Source of the DNA: Octopus vulgaris
Lineage: Eukaryota
Direction: 5' to 3'
Assembly: GCA_951406725.2 (NCBI GenBank)
Contig: OX597828.1
Coordinates: 55,242,001-55,306,000, forward strand
Length of the DNA stretch: 64,000 nt
This document shows positions 13,610-27,424 of this stretch, in pieces. Position 1 is the first letter of the stretch. The number at the start of each line of letters is the position of its first letter. The translations under genes were made by a program, and so were the position numbers. The notes below the pieces were generated by a model. That model was not told where the DNA came from. It saw nothing but the letters and a program-made list of their open reading frames with translations, and searched no databases.

Positions 13610-13965
13610 CAAAACTTTTATCATTTTACTTGATTCAATCATAGGACTGAGACCATGTTGGAGCACCACTTTTTAGTCGAACGAATCGATCCCAGGACTC
13701 ATAATATTTTTCTTTTTAAGCCTGGTACTTATTATGTCGGTCACTTTTTGGCGAACCTCTAAGTTACGGGGTTAAAATTACACCAACACCGGTTATCAAG
13801 CGGTGATGTGGGGTGGGGGCAAACATTGACACAAAGACACACACACATAGAAGCACATACACAGGTTATAGTAGAGGACACTTGACCAAAGTGCTACGCA
13901 GCGGGGCTGAACCCGGAACCATGTGCTTGGAAAGCAAGCTTCTTACCACACAGCCACGCCGGCGT
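13610..13965 (-). mobile_element. SINE family A, diverged with internal deletion
   Basis: Head and tail similarity to family A. Confidence 0.75.
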
Positions 13966-14024
13966 CTATAGCATATATTAGGCATACACACTACGCCAAG
14001 AGACATATCGTACACTCATATATA

Positions 14025-14255
14025 TTTCTTTATTGCCCACAAGGAGCTAAACACAGAAAGGACAAACAAGGACAGACAAACGGATTAAGTCGATTATATC
14101 GACCCCAGTGCGTAACTGGTACTTATTTAATTGACCCCGAAAGGATGAAAGGCAAAATCGACCTCGGCGGAATTTGAACTCAGAACGTAACGGCAGACGA
14201 AATACGGCTACGCATTTCGCCCGGCGTGCTAACGTTTCTGCCAGCTCGCCGCCTT
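14025..14255 (-). mobile_element. SINE family B, full length
   Basis: Reverse-complement match to family B. Confidence 0.9.
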
Positions 14256-14368
14256 CATATGTTCATATTTTTAACAGAGAACGCGTAGAGGCAAACACAG
14301 TGAACCACATACACACAAGCACACACACACGCACACACACACACACACGCACGCACACACACACACAC

Positions 14369-14434
<66 letters not shown>

Positions 14435-15008
14435 GGCATACATGTTATATGAAACACTCACATCTTGAAGTCATTGAACGTATGCAGAAACAAACGCACC
14501 GAGAAATACAAACGTAGCAAATGAGCAATACATAGTATATACAATTTCGTGAATGAAAATCTGAATGACTACAACTTCAGCGATCCCGAATATAACAGCT
14601 CAAGCATTGCTTCTTCTTATATGTTATACGTAAAAGATATTTTACTAAATTATGCAATTTCGCTTTCGTTTTTGTAGTCTGCTTTCTATTACACATTTCC
14701 TATTCCTTTATTTAAAAAAATTTCTTTTTCTGTTTTTACAACAACATGGCAATAATCGAAAATCCGATATATTTATATGTGTTTTTGGCGATTCTTCGGT
14801 ATAGGTACCGTAAGTACCGGAAGTGGCTTTGTTTACATTTCTGAAGATAACAGAAATCCTTTTCTCCCACCCCTAACCCTAACCCTAATCCCCCCATATA
14901 TCGAAAAAACCCCACTTTCTTGAAATGTATCCGGACAGACGGATAGGTAGATAGATAGATAGAATGATAGATAGATAAATAAATAGATAGATTGATTGAT
15001 AAATAGAT

Positions 15009-15040
<32 letters not shown>

Positions 15041-15190
15041 GGATAGACGGATAGGTAGATAGGTAGAATAATATGTTTCTTTATTAGCCACACAGGGCTG
15101 CACACAGACAGGACAAATAGGTAGAATGATAGATAGATAATTAGATAGATAAATAAATAGATAGATTGAAAGATAAATAAATAAATAAAT

Positions 15191-15240
<50 letters not shown>

Positions 15241-15399
15241 GTGTATCTATCTGTGAGTCTCTGAATTTGAAAAGAAACGGTATGGTGTGATTTGAGAGTA
15301 GTTTGGCTACTATTTCTAGTAAGGCACGAGATCTCATAGAACTTAAATCTGTCTACTTTTAGAATACTCAACATTTGAACCCCAATATTTCCTCTTTAT

Positions 15400-15806
15400 C
15401 CCCCCCCCTCTCTCTCTCTCTCTTTCTCTTTGCTTCTTTGTATTTTTCTCTAAAATTCACCATTTTCACTAAATACTTTTAAATTCGATTTCTTTGTTAC
15501 TATTGTCTTTCTTTCCTTCTTTCTTTCTTTTTCCTTCCTTCTTTTTCTTTCTTTCTTTCTTTCTTTCTTTCTTTTTCTTTCTTTCTTTCTTTTTCCTTCT
15601 TTCTTTTTCCTTCTTTCTTTCTTTCTTTCTTTCTTCTTTCTTTTTCTTTCTTTCTTTCTTCTTTCTTTTTCTTTCTTTCTTTCTCTTTCTTTCTTTCTTT
15701 CTTTCTCTCTTTCTTTTTTCTTTCTTTCTTTCCTTTTTTCCTACTTTCTTTCCTCCTTTTTCCTTTCTTTTTCCTTCTTTTTCTTTCTTTCTTTCCTTCT
15801 TTCTTA

Positions 15807-15852
<46 letters not shown>

Positions 15853-15853
15853 C

Positions 15854-15885
<32 letters not shown>

Positions 15886-15933
15886 TCCTTTCCTACTTTC
15901 TTTCCTCCTTTTTCCTTTCTTTTTCCTTCTTTT

Positions 15934-15969
<36 letters not shown>

Positions 15970-16081
15970 TCCCTCTTTCTTTCCCTCTTTCTTTCTTTCT
16001 TTCTTTTTTCTTTCTTTCTTTCCTTTTTTCCTACTTTCTTTCCTCCTTTTTCCTTTCTTTTTCCTTCTTTTTCTTTCTTTT

Positions 16082-16132
<51 letters not shown>

Positions 16133-16185
16133 CTTCATCCCTTTCTTATCCTTTATCCTTTTCTTTTGTCCAGTTTTCCCCTAAT
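15400..16185 (+). repeat. Polypyrimidine (CTTT)n/(CTT)n tract of about 0.7 kb
   Basis: Almost pure C/T sequence immediately upstream of the acceptor at 16207. Confidence 0.97.
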
Positions 16186-16227
16186 ATAGTTTATTTCTAA
16201 TTTTCAGTTTCCCTTTTGAGAACCTTA

Positions 16228-16473
16228 ATGAAACTGAAAAATCTTTTCCGCTTTCTATGGCGAAGAATTCGGAGGACATATTTTGGTCTATTTGTGATTG
16301 CATTTGTATTATATTGCGTTCTTCTGGCTTATTCCAAATTCTTTCCCACCTGGTATTCTCAAAACATCCTTTATCAAAATGTATCACCTGACCATAATCA
16401 GGAAGAACTACGGATTTACCATCGACCGAAGAATTTCTCCCAACCCGGTGTTGTCGACGACATTATTGGAATG
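16228..16473 (+). CDS. CHST15: CHST15-like coding exon 1 (cytoplasmic tail, transmembrane anchor, stem)
   Basis: ATG at 16228; [35 protein letters not shown] (basic residues then hydrophobic span); donor ATG|GTAAAT, phase 0. An acceptor TTTTCAG ending at 16207 implies an upstream non-coding exon. Confidence 0.85.
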
Positions 16474-17851
16474 GTAAATAGCAATTTTACTTTGATTTAT
16501 GAGAACCCCATTTCGCTGTTGTTAGGGTTTCTGGCTTATCTGATTTTAGGTACTACTAGCGAACAGTGGCCCCGGTGCGCGCACGCTCGTACTCGCGCAT
16601 CCGCGCTAGCTAGTCATGACTAGTCGATCCTTATTTTGTGTTTTTGTGTTTTATTTACTTTGTTTAACAAAAATTATTTATTTTGTGTTTTATTTTCTCT
16701 GCTACGTAGTCGTTGTAGGATCGACTAGTCACGACTAGCTAGCGCGGATGCGCGAGTGCGCGCACCGGGACCACTGTTCGCTAGTAGTACCCTGATTTTA
16801 TTCTTCCCACATCCCCAAAATGTTAGTATATATATATTATATTTACAGACGAACAAATAAAATCATTCTTCAATTTTTGTCCTTGTTCTACAAAGATTTA
16901 CAACTTATAGCTGTTATACAGCTTCGTAGAAGCAGAAGTGGGTGTGTGGTAAGTAGCTAGCTTACAAACCGCTTGGTTCCGCGTTCTGTCCGAACATTCT
17001 TATGTAATGTGTTTAAACACAAAACCCCTCTTAACATTTTCTTATCATTGTCAAAGACTCTAACACTGTATTTTAATATATCTATGTTAATTATTTTTAG
17101 CACAACAATTATTTTTAGCACAACCAGACAAGCTGTTAGATTTTACTTTTGTGTGTATGTGTGTGTGTGTGTTTGTGTTTGTCCCCCAACATCGCTTGAC
17201 AACCGATGCTGGTATGTTTACATCCCCGTAACTTAACGGTTCGGCAAAAGAGACCGATAGAATAAGTACTAGGCTTACAAAGAATAAGTCCTGGAGTCGA
17301 TTTGCTCGTCTAAAGGCGGTGCTCCAGCATGGCCACAGTGAAATGACTGAAACAAGTAAAAGAGAGATACATAGTCAAAACATATATATATATATTTACT
17401 CTTTTACTCTTTTACTTGTTTCAGTCATTTGACTGCGGCCATGCTGGAGCACCGCCTTTAGTCGAGCAAATCGACCCCGGGACTTATTCTTTTGTAAGCC
17501 TAGTACTTATTCTATCGGTCTCTTTTGCCGAACCGCTAAGTGACGGGGACGTAAACACACCAGCATCGGTTGTCAAGCAATTCTAGGGGGACAAACACAC
17601 ACACAAACACACACACATACACATATATATATATATACATATATACGACAGGCTTCTTTCAGTTTCCGTCTACTCAGCCACTCAGCTACGGGTGCACTGC
17701 GTCTGATTGCAGAAACAGCTGTAAGCTATTGAAGTTCATAAGACAATCATCCATTCCTTTGTCCTTTGCTTTTCTTATTACCGCTCTGTACTTGATAACG
17801 CTTTCTTCTGAAGCATATGTATGATGAGTTCAACAATGTGTGTGTGTGTGA

Positions 17852-17897
<46 letters not shown>

Positions 17898-20800
17898 ACG
17901 TATGTATGTATGTATGTATGTATGTATGCATGTATGTATGTATGTATGTATGTATGTATGTATGTTTGTATGTAATATATTTGTGTGTACGAGGGTGAGT
18001 CAAAAAGTAATGCCATTTTCTTTATTTCATGTGAAGCTTTTATCGTAATATATTTCTGTTTCTAGAAAGCGATACCATTTTCGAATCGCTTCAAGAACCC
18101 TTGTTGGTATGAAAAGCCGGACGGAAAAACCTTAACTTTGCGCTGTTTACCATATTTTTATCTGGTTGGAGTTGACAAATGTGGTACAACTGATCTTTTT
18201 TCTCGACTATTACAACATCCAGAATTACTCCAAACAAGTGCATTGAATGGAAAAGAAACTCACTGGTGGTCGTGGAGACGATTCGGTAAATCTTTCACTT
18301 TATTTTATTATTTTTAATCCGAAGGAAAAGTTGCTTAGATTGAACTAATGTATTGAATCCAACCCTCTATATGTCTGGGTTTTAGTTCCTTAAATGCAAG
18401 GTCTAAGAACCTTAATTCATTAATTTTAATTTTGATTCCTTAATATTTTATCCTCGTATTCTTTATTTTATTGTTTATATGAGAATTTTTCATTGTAGAG
18501 GCACACAATACGCCATCATCATCATCATCATCGTCGTCGTCGTTTAACGTCCGCTTTTCATGCTAGCACGGGTTGGCCGTTTTTGACTGAGGGCTGGCGA
18601 ACCAGATGGCTGCACCAGGCTCCAATCTTGATTTGGCAGAGTTTCTACAGCTGGATGCCCTTCCTAACGCCAATGCCCTTCCTAACACTATAATTATCAA
18701 AATGTATTGTCTTAGAAATAAGCGAAACGGCGAACAAAAAACGAGGTACATTTTGAAAAATCACCCGAGAAGACACATCTGCACCCACGATGCATCACAA
18801 CTGTTTCTATAGCAGCTCACTTGCAAGGTACCGGTGCATGATGGATCGAAACTGTTGTAGTGGTTCTGGATAAAGTATTATCTGTACTTTGGGAAACGGA
18901 TTTGTTCCTTATATAGAATGGTTCTTCCTCTAATTCCCATACTTGTCTGTCCTATATAGTTATGTCCACAACTCGAACAAAATGCTAACTGGGACATGTC
19001 ATTCTCATAAAAAAACAATCCTAAATTTCAATTTAGAATTATTCTTTTTAAAACTATTCCCCAAACTTGTCATTCTTGATAGTTTTTGCAGTTTCGTTGA
19101 AGCCTTTAACTGTTGTTGATAATGTTCATGTATTTTGTGATGTACAGGATATGACGTATTTACACGGAACGGCAGACTACAGTCATTTGAAGATTATCTG
19201 AATGTATTTGATATTGCTGCCAAACGTCTGAATGACTCTTCTGGAAATTTAAGATCCCATATAATATGTGAGTATGGTACAACTCTTTCCTAAAGCGCAT
19301 AGTTAAGCCTCTAGAATAGTGGTTCTCAACCGGAGTCCATATGGCCCCTGAGGGCCCATATCAAACTTTTAGCGGTCCACGCAACAAAATAATAAACTTG
19401 GGATCCACAATGGTATTTTAAGGGCGCTTGAAAAAAATGTGCTTTTGATGTATGTATTGGTATGCATTGTAAGAAACAGCTGGGTTTCTTTCTCTAACAC
19501 TTTACATAGTTCAACCTACACAAGTTAATATGTAAAAAGCAAAATAGTAATTTTGAAAGCAGTGTCTACAAAACTAGTTTTTAAACACTGAATGGCTGTG
19601 GAGGGTCCACCAAAATAAAGTAGTAATCAAAGGCGTCCATAGATAAAAATTGGTTGAGAAAACCCTGCTCTAGTATCTTGATGCTTAACTGTATCTATAG
19701 TGGTGGTTCTCAACTATTTTTTGCATCTGGGTTCGTTTAATTCCTATTTTACTCAGATGGGCCCTCATATCCATTTAATGCTTTAAAACGTTCCATTATC
19801 TCTCTATATATAAACGGCAAAATGTCTCTCTGTGTGAGTGTCTTTTATACAAATCCACAATTTTTCAGAGGGCTCGCACTTTCTATGGTCATTCAAAACC
19901 GTCCAAGGGTGGTCGTGCACATCTTTACATTTCCCCAGTCACCTCACAAAGCCATTAAAAAATCAATAGAAGTGAATTTTTTGTGAATTTTCTATGCAAA
20001 ACCCAATCAAAATGCCCGAAACTTGATACGCCAATTGAATGCCAGCTAGCTGTATGTGATTGGTCGGAGATTTGGACAGTACTCGGGTGTATGTGCGCAC
20101 GCACGCAGCTGTATATGGATGCACTAGCACTTTGACCCGGCGTTACTGGGTCATAGTGCTAGTATTTATTTAATTAAATATTATTAGGAATTGTATTTTT
20201 AAAAAATGTTGAAATATTTTGTGTATTGTAAAAGTATAACCAATTTACAACACATAAATTTTAACAATAAAATCTTATGTAGACCCCTAAAGGCCTCATG
20301 GACTCTGACTGAGAACCACTGCTATAGAGAGACACGTCAACGTTTATAATTAAACTCCAAGTTGAGGAACCTCAAAATAACATATTCCGAACTTTCTAGC
20401 GAATGTAAAAATTGTATATAAAGTACATATGATGCAAATATCAGGTCATCCAATAAGTTCTGTCCGATTTTACATTAAAAAAAAAAAAATTGAATGAAAT
20501 TTAATAGTATTTTAGAATGTCTAATGGAGTTAAAAATTATTTTCATGCATTTGTGTACATTTAAACTGATTAAGTAATATTTTACAGAATAATAGAATTA
20601 AATTTCCTTAACTGGAGGTTAACGATAAAATCTTTCGCCGATGTATACACACACGTGCGCGCGCAGACACGTGATGGTCCTGCGCACAGCTTCAGTTTGC
20701 CTAATCCCACTCACGAGGCACTTATAGTCAATCTAAAAGCAATTCTAGAATACCCTTCCGTGGACAGTTAACAGAGGGGCATTAACTGACCCAATACCCT

Positions 20801-22025
20801 TGGGTCAGTTAACAGAAGGGCATTAAGTTGACTGTGGAGATAGAAAAGGGAAAAGCGATTGAACATCAAAAGGTGTCATCCATGGAAGGAGTATTTCTAC
20901 CGGGAGTAGTGTTTAATGGGCACAAGTCTGGGCTCGATGGACCCTTGTAGGATTACCTAGCAAGCGTATCCAGTTGTTGAAATACCTTAAACACCCAAAG
21001 ATCTCAGGAAATGTCAATGATCATATTTCCAAGTGATTCGCTGGATAATATATGGAAAACGTCGTGGTGCTGACTATAGACACGTGGTTGTGGATCAAAT
21101 CTCTCGGACCATAGAGTCATGTCATCGTCATTGTTTGAGTGAAAGCGTTTTACGGTGGACAACACTACAGTACAACTACTGTATAATTAAGTCTATAACA
21201 TATTTCTTCTCATACAGCACGCGATTTGACATGTTGTCTGACTTCTTTGTTCGGTTGAATAACTTCCAATTAACTTTTGAGAAAGAGTAGGGAGAGGACA
21301 CAATGTATTTGTTGACTGAATCTAATTCCTGAACACTGTAGAATGAGAAATAATAACCAGGTGAACCGAGTTTTTGTTCCATTCGTTGTGCTTTAATCAC
21401 TGTTTTAATCATTCTCACTCTTTTCGAGTTTCTATTCTCAGTCGGATAATTTCACTTGACTTCCACTATTATAGATTCTGAGAAATAAATAAATACTATA
21501 TCAAGTAAAATCTTAACCATAAGTCGCTCTGCCCTCAACTTGTACCTTAAATACAATATATGTTGTGCATTTCAGGTGACGGTAGTCCTACAGTTTTCTG
21601 GGATTTCACTGGATGGCCGTTCATCACGCAAAATAAAGGTCTTGAGCAACCTAAAGTCTTGACACCTCATTGTATTTCACACCTGACACCAAACGTTAAA
21701 TTTATTTTGTTGTTGAGAAATCCAATTGAAAGGTAAGAAGCTCATATCAGAACCCCAAAAAAGAAACAATTAAGATAGTAAAAAGAAAGCAAACTTTTAA
21801 TTGATATTATTAATTTCTTGTATCATTTCATTATAAGTTTATTTGGTTAATAAGTCACATATGCAACAGATTGGCATGCAAAAAACATGCAGGGTATTCC
21901 ACAGATTTCCAAACAAGGCAAGTAATTATCCTCTAACATGACTGCCAACGAAAATGTATGTAAACTAATATTGAATAGTGACTTCATTATTACCTGAAGT
22001 TCAGAAACACGGGACTTTATGTATG

Positions 22026-22090
<65 letters not shown>

Positions 22091-22313
22091 AATTGATTAA
22101 TGTATCCATTAATCAATTAATGTCGTAGGTCAACCAACTCGTTGAAATGTAACTCCCTTTTGAGAAAATTCATCATTGATTAATTAGTTTAATTCCTGTA
22201 ATTGAACTAATTGAATATGTTAATGGCTGTAGGACAGGAATTTCATTTTATGGAATTTGAATAACTTTGAATAAACTGATGTGTGCAGGTCAATTTCTCA
22301 ATTTTGTCCTCTT

Positions 22314-22359
<46 letters not shown>

Positions 22360-24149
22360 CAACAGATGGATAGTGTGTCAATTCACTACAGCTGTTTCCA
22401 ACGAATTTTTATATGATTAATGGAGATATTACATCGTTAGAAAAAAAGGTGAATACATGGGCCACAGCACTCAAAAGCATTCAAGAGCCAACAGCATGTG
22501 CAACTTCATGATTCTGTGACCTTTGCTGCTCATAGGAAGAATCTGTTAGTTAAGATAAGTAGTATTACAATTGAAGAAAACGCGATGTCATGTGTGGGTA
22601 AAGTGTACGTAAGATTTATAGCGATGATGGAAGTGAAGGGACGTAGTAGAGGGATCGAACAGCGAAGGATGGAATCTTCTCCCTGGTAGGAGTTATGATC
22701 CATTTTGGCTAAATCAGGATCATGCGTTCATAGGCCTGTTTCTATACTGCCTTCCGCTAAAAGTGATATAAACAGGCTGAATTTGCTTAATGATACCGAC
22801 AAGCAACCTATGATACCATCATCCCTCGTCCCACAGCCTGTAAACTCTTGTGTAGTCCCTAACGACGTTAATCATAATGTGCGAGTTGATGCGCCTAATA
22901 TAACAAATGACAATGACAACCCTAACACTATAAACACAACCGCTGATAGCAGCTATAGTACCTACTTAGATATTAACAGTTTTACTTGCAATAATTTTAC
23001 TGTTGAGCATAATATCGACTACTAATAATAAATGTAATTTTAGGGATGACAACCATTGTCCACTCCAGGGTCGATGTTTACCTAAAAATGTAATATATAG
23101 GTGTACTGTTATGACAAACACTACTACTTTCACTTAAATCGGTTGTTCCGTTGAACAAAAGAACCGACTTCACAACCATCTCTCTTTTAAACTTAGACAT
23201 TATCCATCTGTTGTTATCTATTTACTTATAATTCACTTTTCTCAGAACCTGCTTCTCGCGTAGATACGAGGTATATTATGGACCGTACATTGAGTACAAT
23301 GTGCGTTTCCTGATTAGTTCATGGGCTAGTGATATTCTCACCTGGGTTCAATTAATCACATACATAACCTGAATATCCTTCTGTCCGTACTTCGGTATCC
23401 GCTTATGTATTCGTCTATTTTTGTTGTACTCATTTTAATTCTCGATCCGACTCGGTGTCTTACCATTTGGGTGCCTGATTCACTTGAATCCTGAACTATT
23501 CTTTTCAGTTCGCAATACGCTTTCATTCGTGACTGCTTTTGAGCTTCCGTGAGCAAGCGAGGCACACATTTTGCAACTCTTTTCATTCATAATTCCTCGA
23601 TCAAAATTCGTTGGCAGGATCTCTAAGACACACCAGTCGTATCAACAAGTTCGTCAAATGTTCGATGATGGTCCTCCAAGACCAGTTCCTGAATTTTAAT
23701 GATGATTTCCTTCGTTCGGGAGATCGATGGGCACCTTGAACGAGGTTGGTGTTCAACAAGGGACAAGTGATCATTTCTAAAGCGTGAAAACCACTCGTAA
23801 ACTTGTGTTTTGTTCATAGCAGCGTCGTTGGAAGCTGTTTGGTGAATGAAAATTGTTTCGGCCGCTGTTTCTCCCGGCAGAAAACAGAACTTCACGGGAG
23901 CATGCTGTCCCTTCGTTCAGGCATCGCAAGAATCGACGAACAGGAGAGGAGCATTGCAAAACAAAGACGCACCACGCGGCGGCAGTACTACCTCAAATGA
24001 CGACGCCGGTCGGCAGACTGATGCCTGAGGGTTGCATCAAGTGGCTTCTGGTGGTGACATGCTTGTCCCACAGACAACGTTTCCAGTTACTTTGGGATAC
24101 CCTCTCGTATATACACATATATATGTATGTGTGTATATATATATATATG

Positions 24150-24203
<54 letters not shown>

Positions 24204-24469
24204 TATATATACGTGTATATATTTTTATACACACGCACACTTAAACACACCCATTCACACATACAGTTACACACACACACACACACACGCACACACACAT
24301 AAATATAACTAAGTGCAGTTTTGGTTATGTGGTAAGGAGATTACCTCCTAGCCCTATATTTCCGGGTTCACTCCTGCTGTAGTGTACCTTGGGCAAGTGA
24401 CTTTACTATAGCTCCGGCAGACCAAAGCCTTATGAGTGGCTATGATAGACACACACTGAAAGAAGCACG

Positions 24470-24505
<36 letters not shown>

Positions 24506-25245
24506 GTAGGACCGCCTTTGCCAGTGATTACAGCTTGAATTCTACAAGGCATGGACTCCTACAAAATTTGAATTGTTTCCAAAGGAAAGATGAGGACAAA
24601 TATCGTCAATTGTAAATAATGTAAATAATATATATATATATATATATTTAAGTAGGTCAATGAATTATCCTATGTTTATCGTCAGCATGGAAAATTCGTT
24701 TAACCGAAACCTGGGTAGCAAATTCACGTCAGAAACACGGTTGAAGCGACCTGTCAAGGGTAGAAACTCTGGGTTCCTGTGCAGAAATTTGTGTGTTGTT
24801 TATGAATAAATGAAAGAATGGAGTCGAACGAAGATGTTAACAAAATTCCTTTACTCTCGACACATGTTTCGAAGACAGCATGTTTTCATTCCAAAGGAAT
24901 TAAGGGTGCATTATGCAATCTTCTCACCAGGAAAGAAAGGGAGCCTCTCTCGACAACAAGACAAACAAAAATTTCGATGATTGCCTACATGGTAAACAAA
25001 GCGATAATGAGTGTTTTTAATTCTCGATCCGACTCGGTGTCTTACCATTTGGGTGCCTGATTCACTTGAATCCTGAACTATTCTTTTCTGTTCGCAATAC
25101 GCTTTCATTCGTGACTGCTTTTGAGCTTCCGTGAGCAAGCGAGGCACAAATTTTGCAACTCTTCTCATTCATAATTCCTCGACATGTGTCGAGAGTAAAG
25201 GAATTTTGTCAACATCTTCGTTCGACTCCATTCTTTCATTTATTC

Positions 25246-25284
<39 letters not shown>

Positions 25285-27360
25285 AATCATGGAACGTATA
25301 GATATATGTATATCTAATTTAACTTCTGGACTTCTTTAATTGGAAACAAGCAAATAATAAAAAATAATAAATCTCTGTTGCCTGTAGAGGGAATCCTTCA
25401 GCGAAGAGCGGTGCTTACCATGCGTTGATAAGAGGCAATGACCTCGAAACCGGTCCGTATGTAGTATTCGTATCTTCGAGGGAGGATGACCCCCCTTTGC
25501 AGGCAAACAAGGACACTGAGATGATGTCAGCTCTTCTGGTGACGTCGATGATCGCCTGGGGCTAAAAGCATCAGTAACACCCCCACCACCCCGCCCTGTC
25601 CCTAGCCACATTCAGATGGCTGATCCCCCTTACGTAAGCAAATAATAGTATTTTGTTAAATGCATGAGCAAAATTGTGAATATGAACGCATTTCTTGAAA
25701 GGTTTTGATAATGCTTTCCGCACAAATTGAACCTTTTGTTTGTCTAAAGAACACTTTTTATGACAGCAAATTCTGGTAGACCTGCTTTTCTTCTAACAAT
25801 TTGTCTTTAATCCCTGACTTAAAGCCACCTACAGCTGACTATGCTTGAATGGTGGCTTCTCAGGATAAAAATTAAGATATTCAGCATGGTCTGTCCTTGT
25901 ACTTTACATATCGTCATTAAAAAACGTGGTTGTATTGGGAACTGAGTCCGTTGAATAGTACATCACCTTCTGAAGAGTACCGCTGTACTCTTTCACCACA
26001 ACTTTCTCTCACACTTTCTTCCTACTTGTGCCACAAAGCAGAGGAACCATGGTGTAACCCACTATGGTGTGGTAAACTTTCAGACCCTAGTTTAGATTGC
26101 GAATCCTCTGTACCTCTGGATGGTTCAGCTCTCCAACCGTTAAAAGCCACCGTTTACGGAATTAGGATAACAACGTAGCTTTGGCGTCCGTGCAACCGCC
26201 AGTCTATCGCGTGTGGTGGGTGGATCTTCAAGTTGCCACACGCATTCTTAGTAGCTTAGAGTAGGCTCGAATTAGAGATTATTCTTTGTGGCTGATGGCG
26301 TGAGTTCTGATTGGAAGAAGAAGAAGAAGAAGAAGAAGAAGAAGAAGAAGAAGAAGAAGAAGAAGAAGAAGAAGAAGAAGAGGAACAACAACAACAACAA
26401 CAACAACTCTACTTGACTGTCACGTAGCGACTGACCGTTGGGCCGTTACTATGCTCTGGACTCAGAGTTGTCGATTCGGGATAAATTTTATTGATCAAAA
26501 TCGTTAGAATTTATGCAAAATAGGCAAACAAAATTTGCTTTAACCTTGGAAAATAAGTTTTATATTACTGACATTAAAACGATTAAAACCAAAAATCTGG
26601 ACGTGGTGGGAAGTTTTACTGAGTGATTTGCATTTTACACGAAAACCTAGACACGATAGAAAAAATTTAATTACAGATTTGAAATCAGCATACCGAAATT
26701 AGCTAAGAACACTCATTTGGTCTTCTGTAATAAAATCTTTGTTGCCTTGTATAATTTAAAATGAGGTATGTAAAACATGAAATAATATATATATATATAT
26801 GATCTACGCAAAAATGATGTGTGTGTGTGTGTGTGTGTGTATTTGTGCGTGTATGTGCTGTATGGTTTTGAGGAGTGTGTGTGCGAGTGTATGTGTATAT
26901 GTGTGAGAAAGTGTATGGTGTGTATGTACTGTGTAGATGGGTGAGTGTGTGAGCTATATGTATATGTGTGTGTGAGCGAGAAAAAGAGAGAGTGCTTGTG
27001 CGAGAGAACGTGTGTGCCTGTGTATTGTGTGTGTATATGTGTGTATGTGCTGAAATGGGGGCTGCACTCCATCGAAATCTGAACCGATTTGGCTACCGTG
27101 CTTGGCTGGGTAAGATCAGTGATCACTGATGAAAAGAAGATTCGAACCAAAGGGACTGCAGAAATGTTAGTAAAGAGCTGCCTAGGGGTTCTAGGAGAGA
27201 TAAAGGAATGACCCCTTAAAGAGGTCACGAAAGGCTAGGTCACACATACCCATAAGCACAAACGTACGTGCAAGAAAGTACGCGGATTTACACACACAAT
27301 CACACAAGCACGCAACGTTAGCATGCGCACATACATGCACACACACACACACTCACAGAC

Positions 27361-27424
<64 letters not shown>

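Noticed and set aside
15494-16189. 231-aa F/S/L-rich ORF
   Set aside because: Translation of the (CTTT)n tract.
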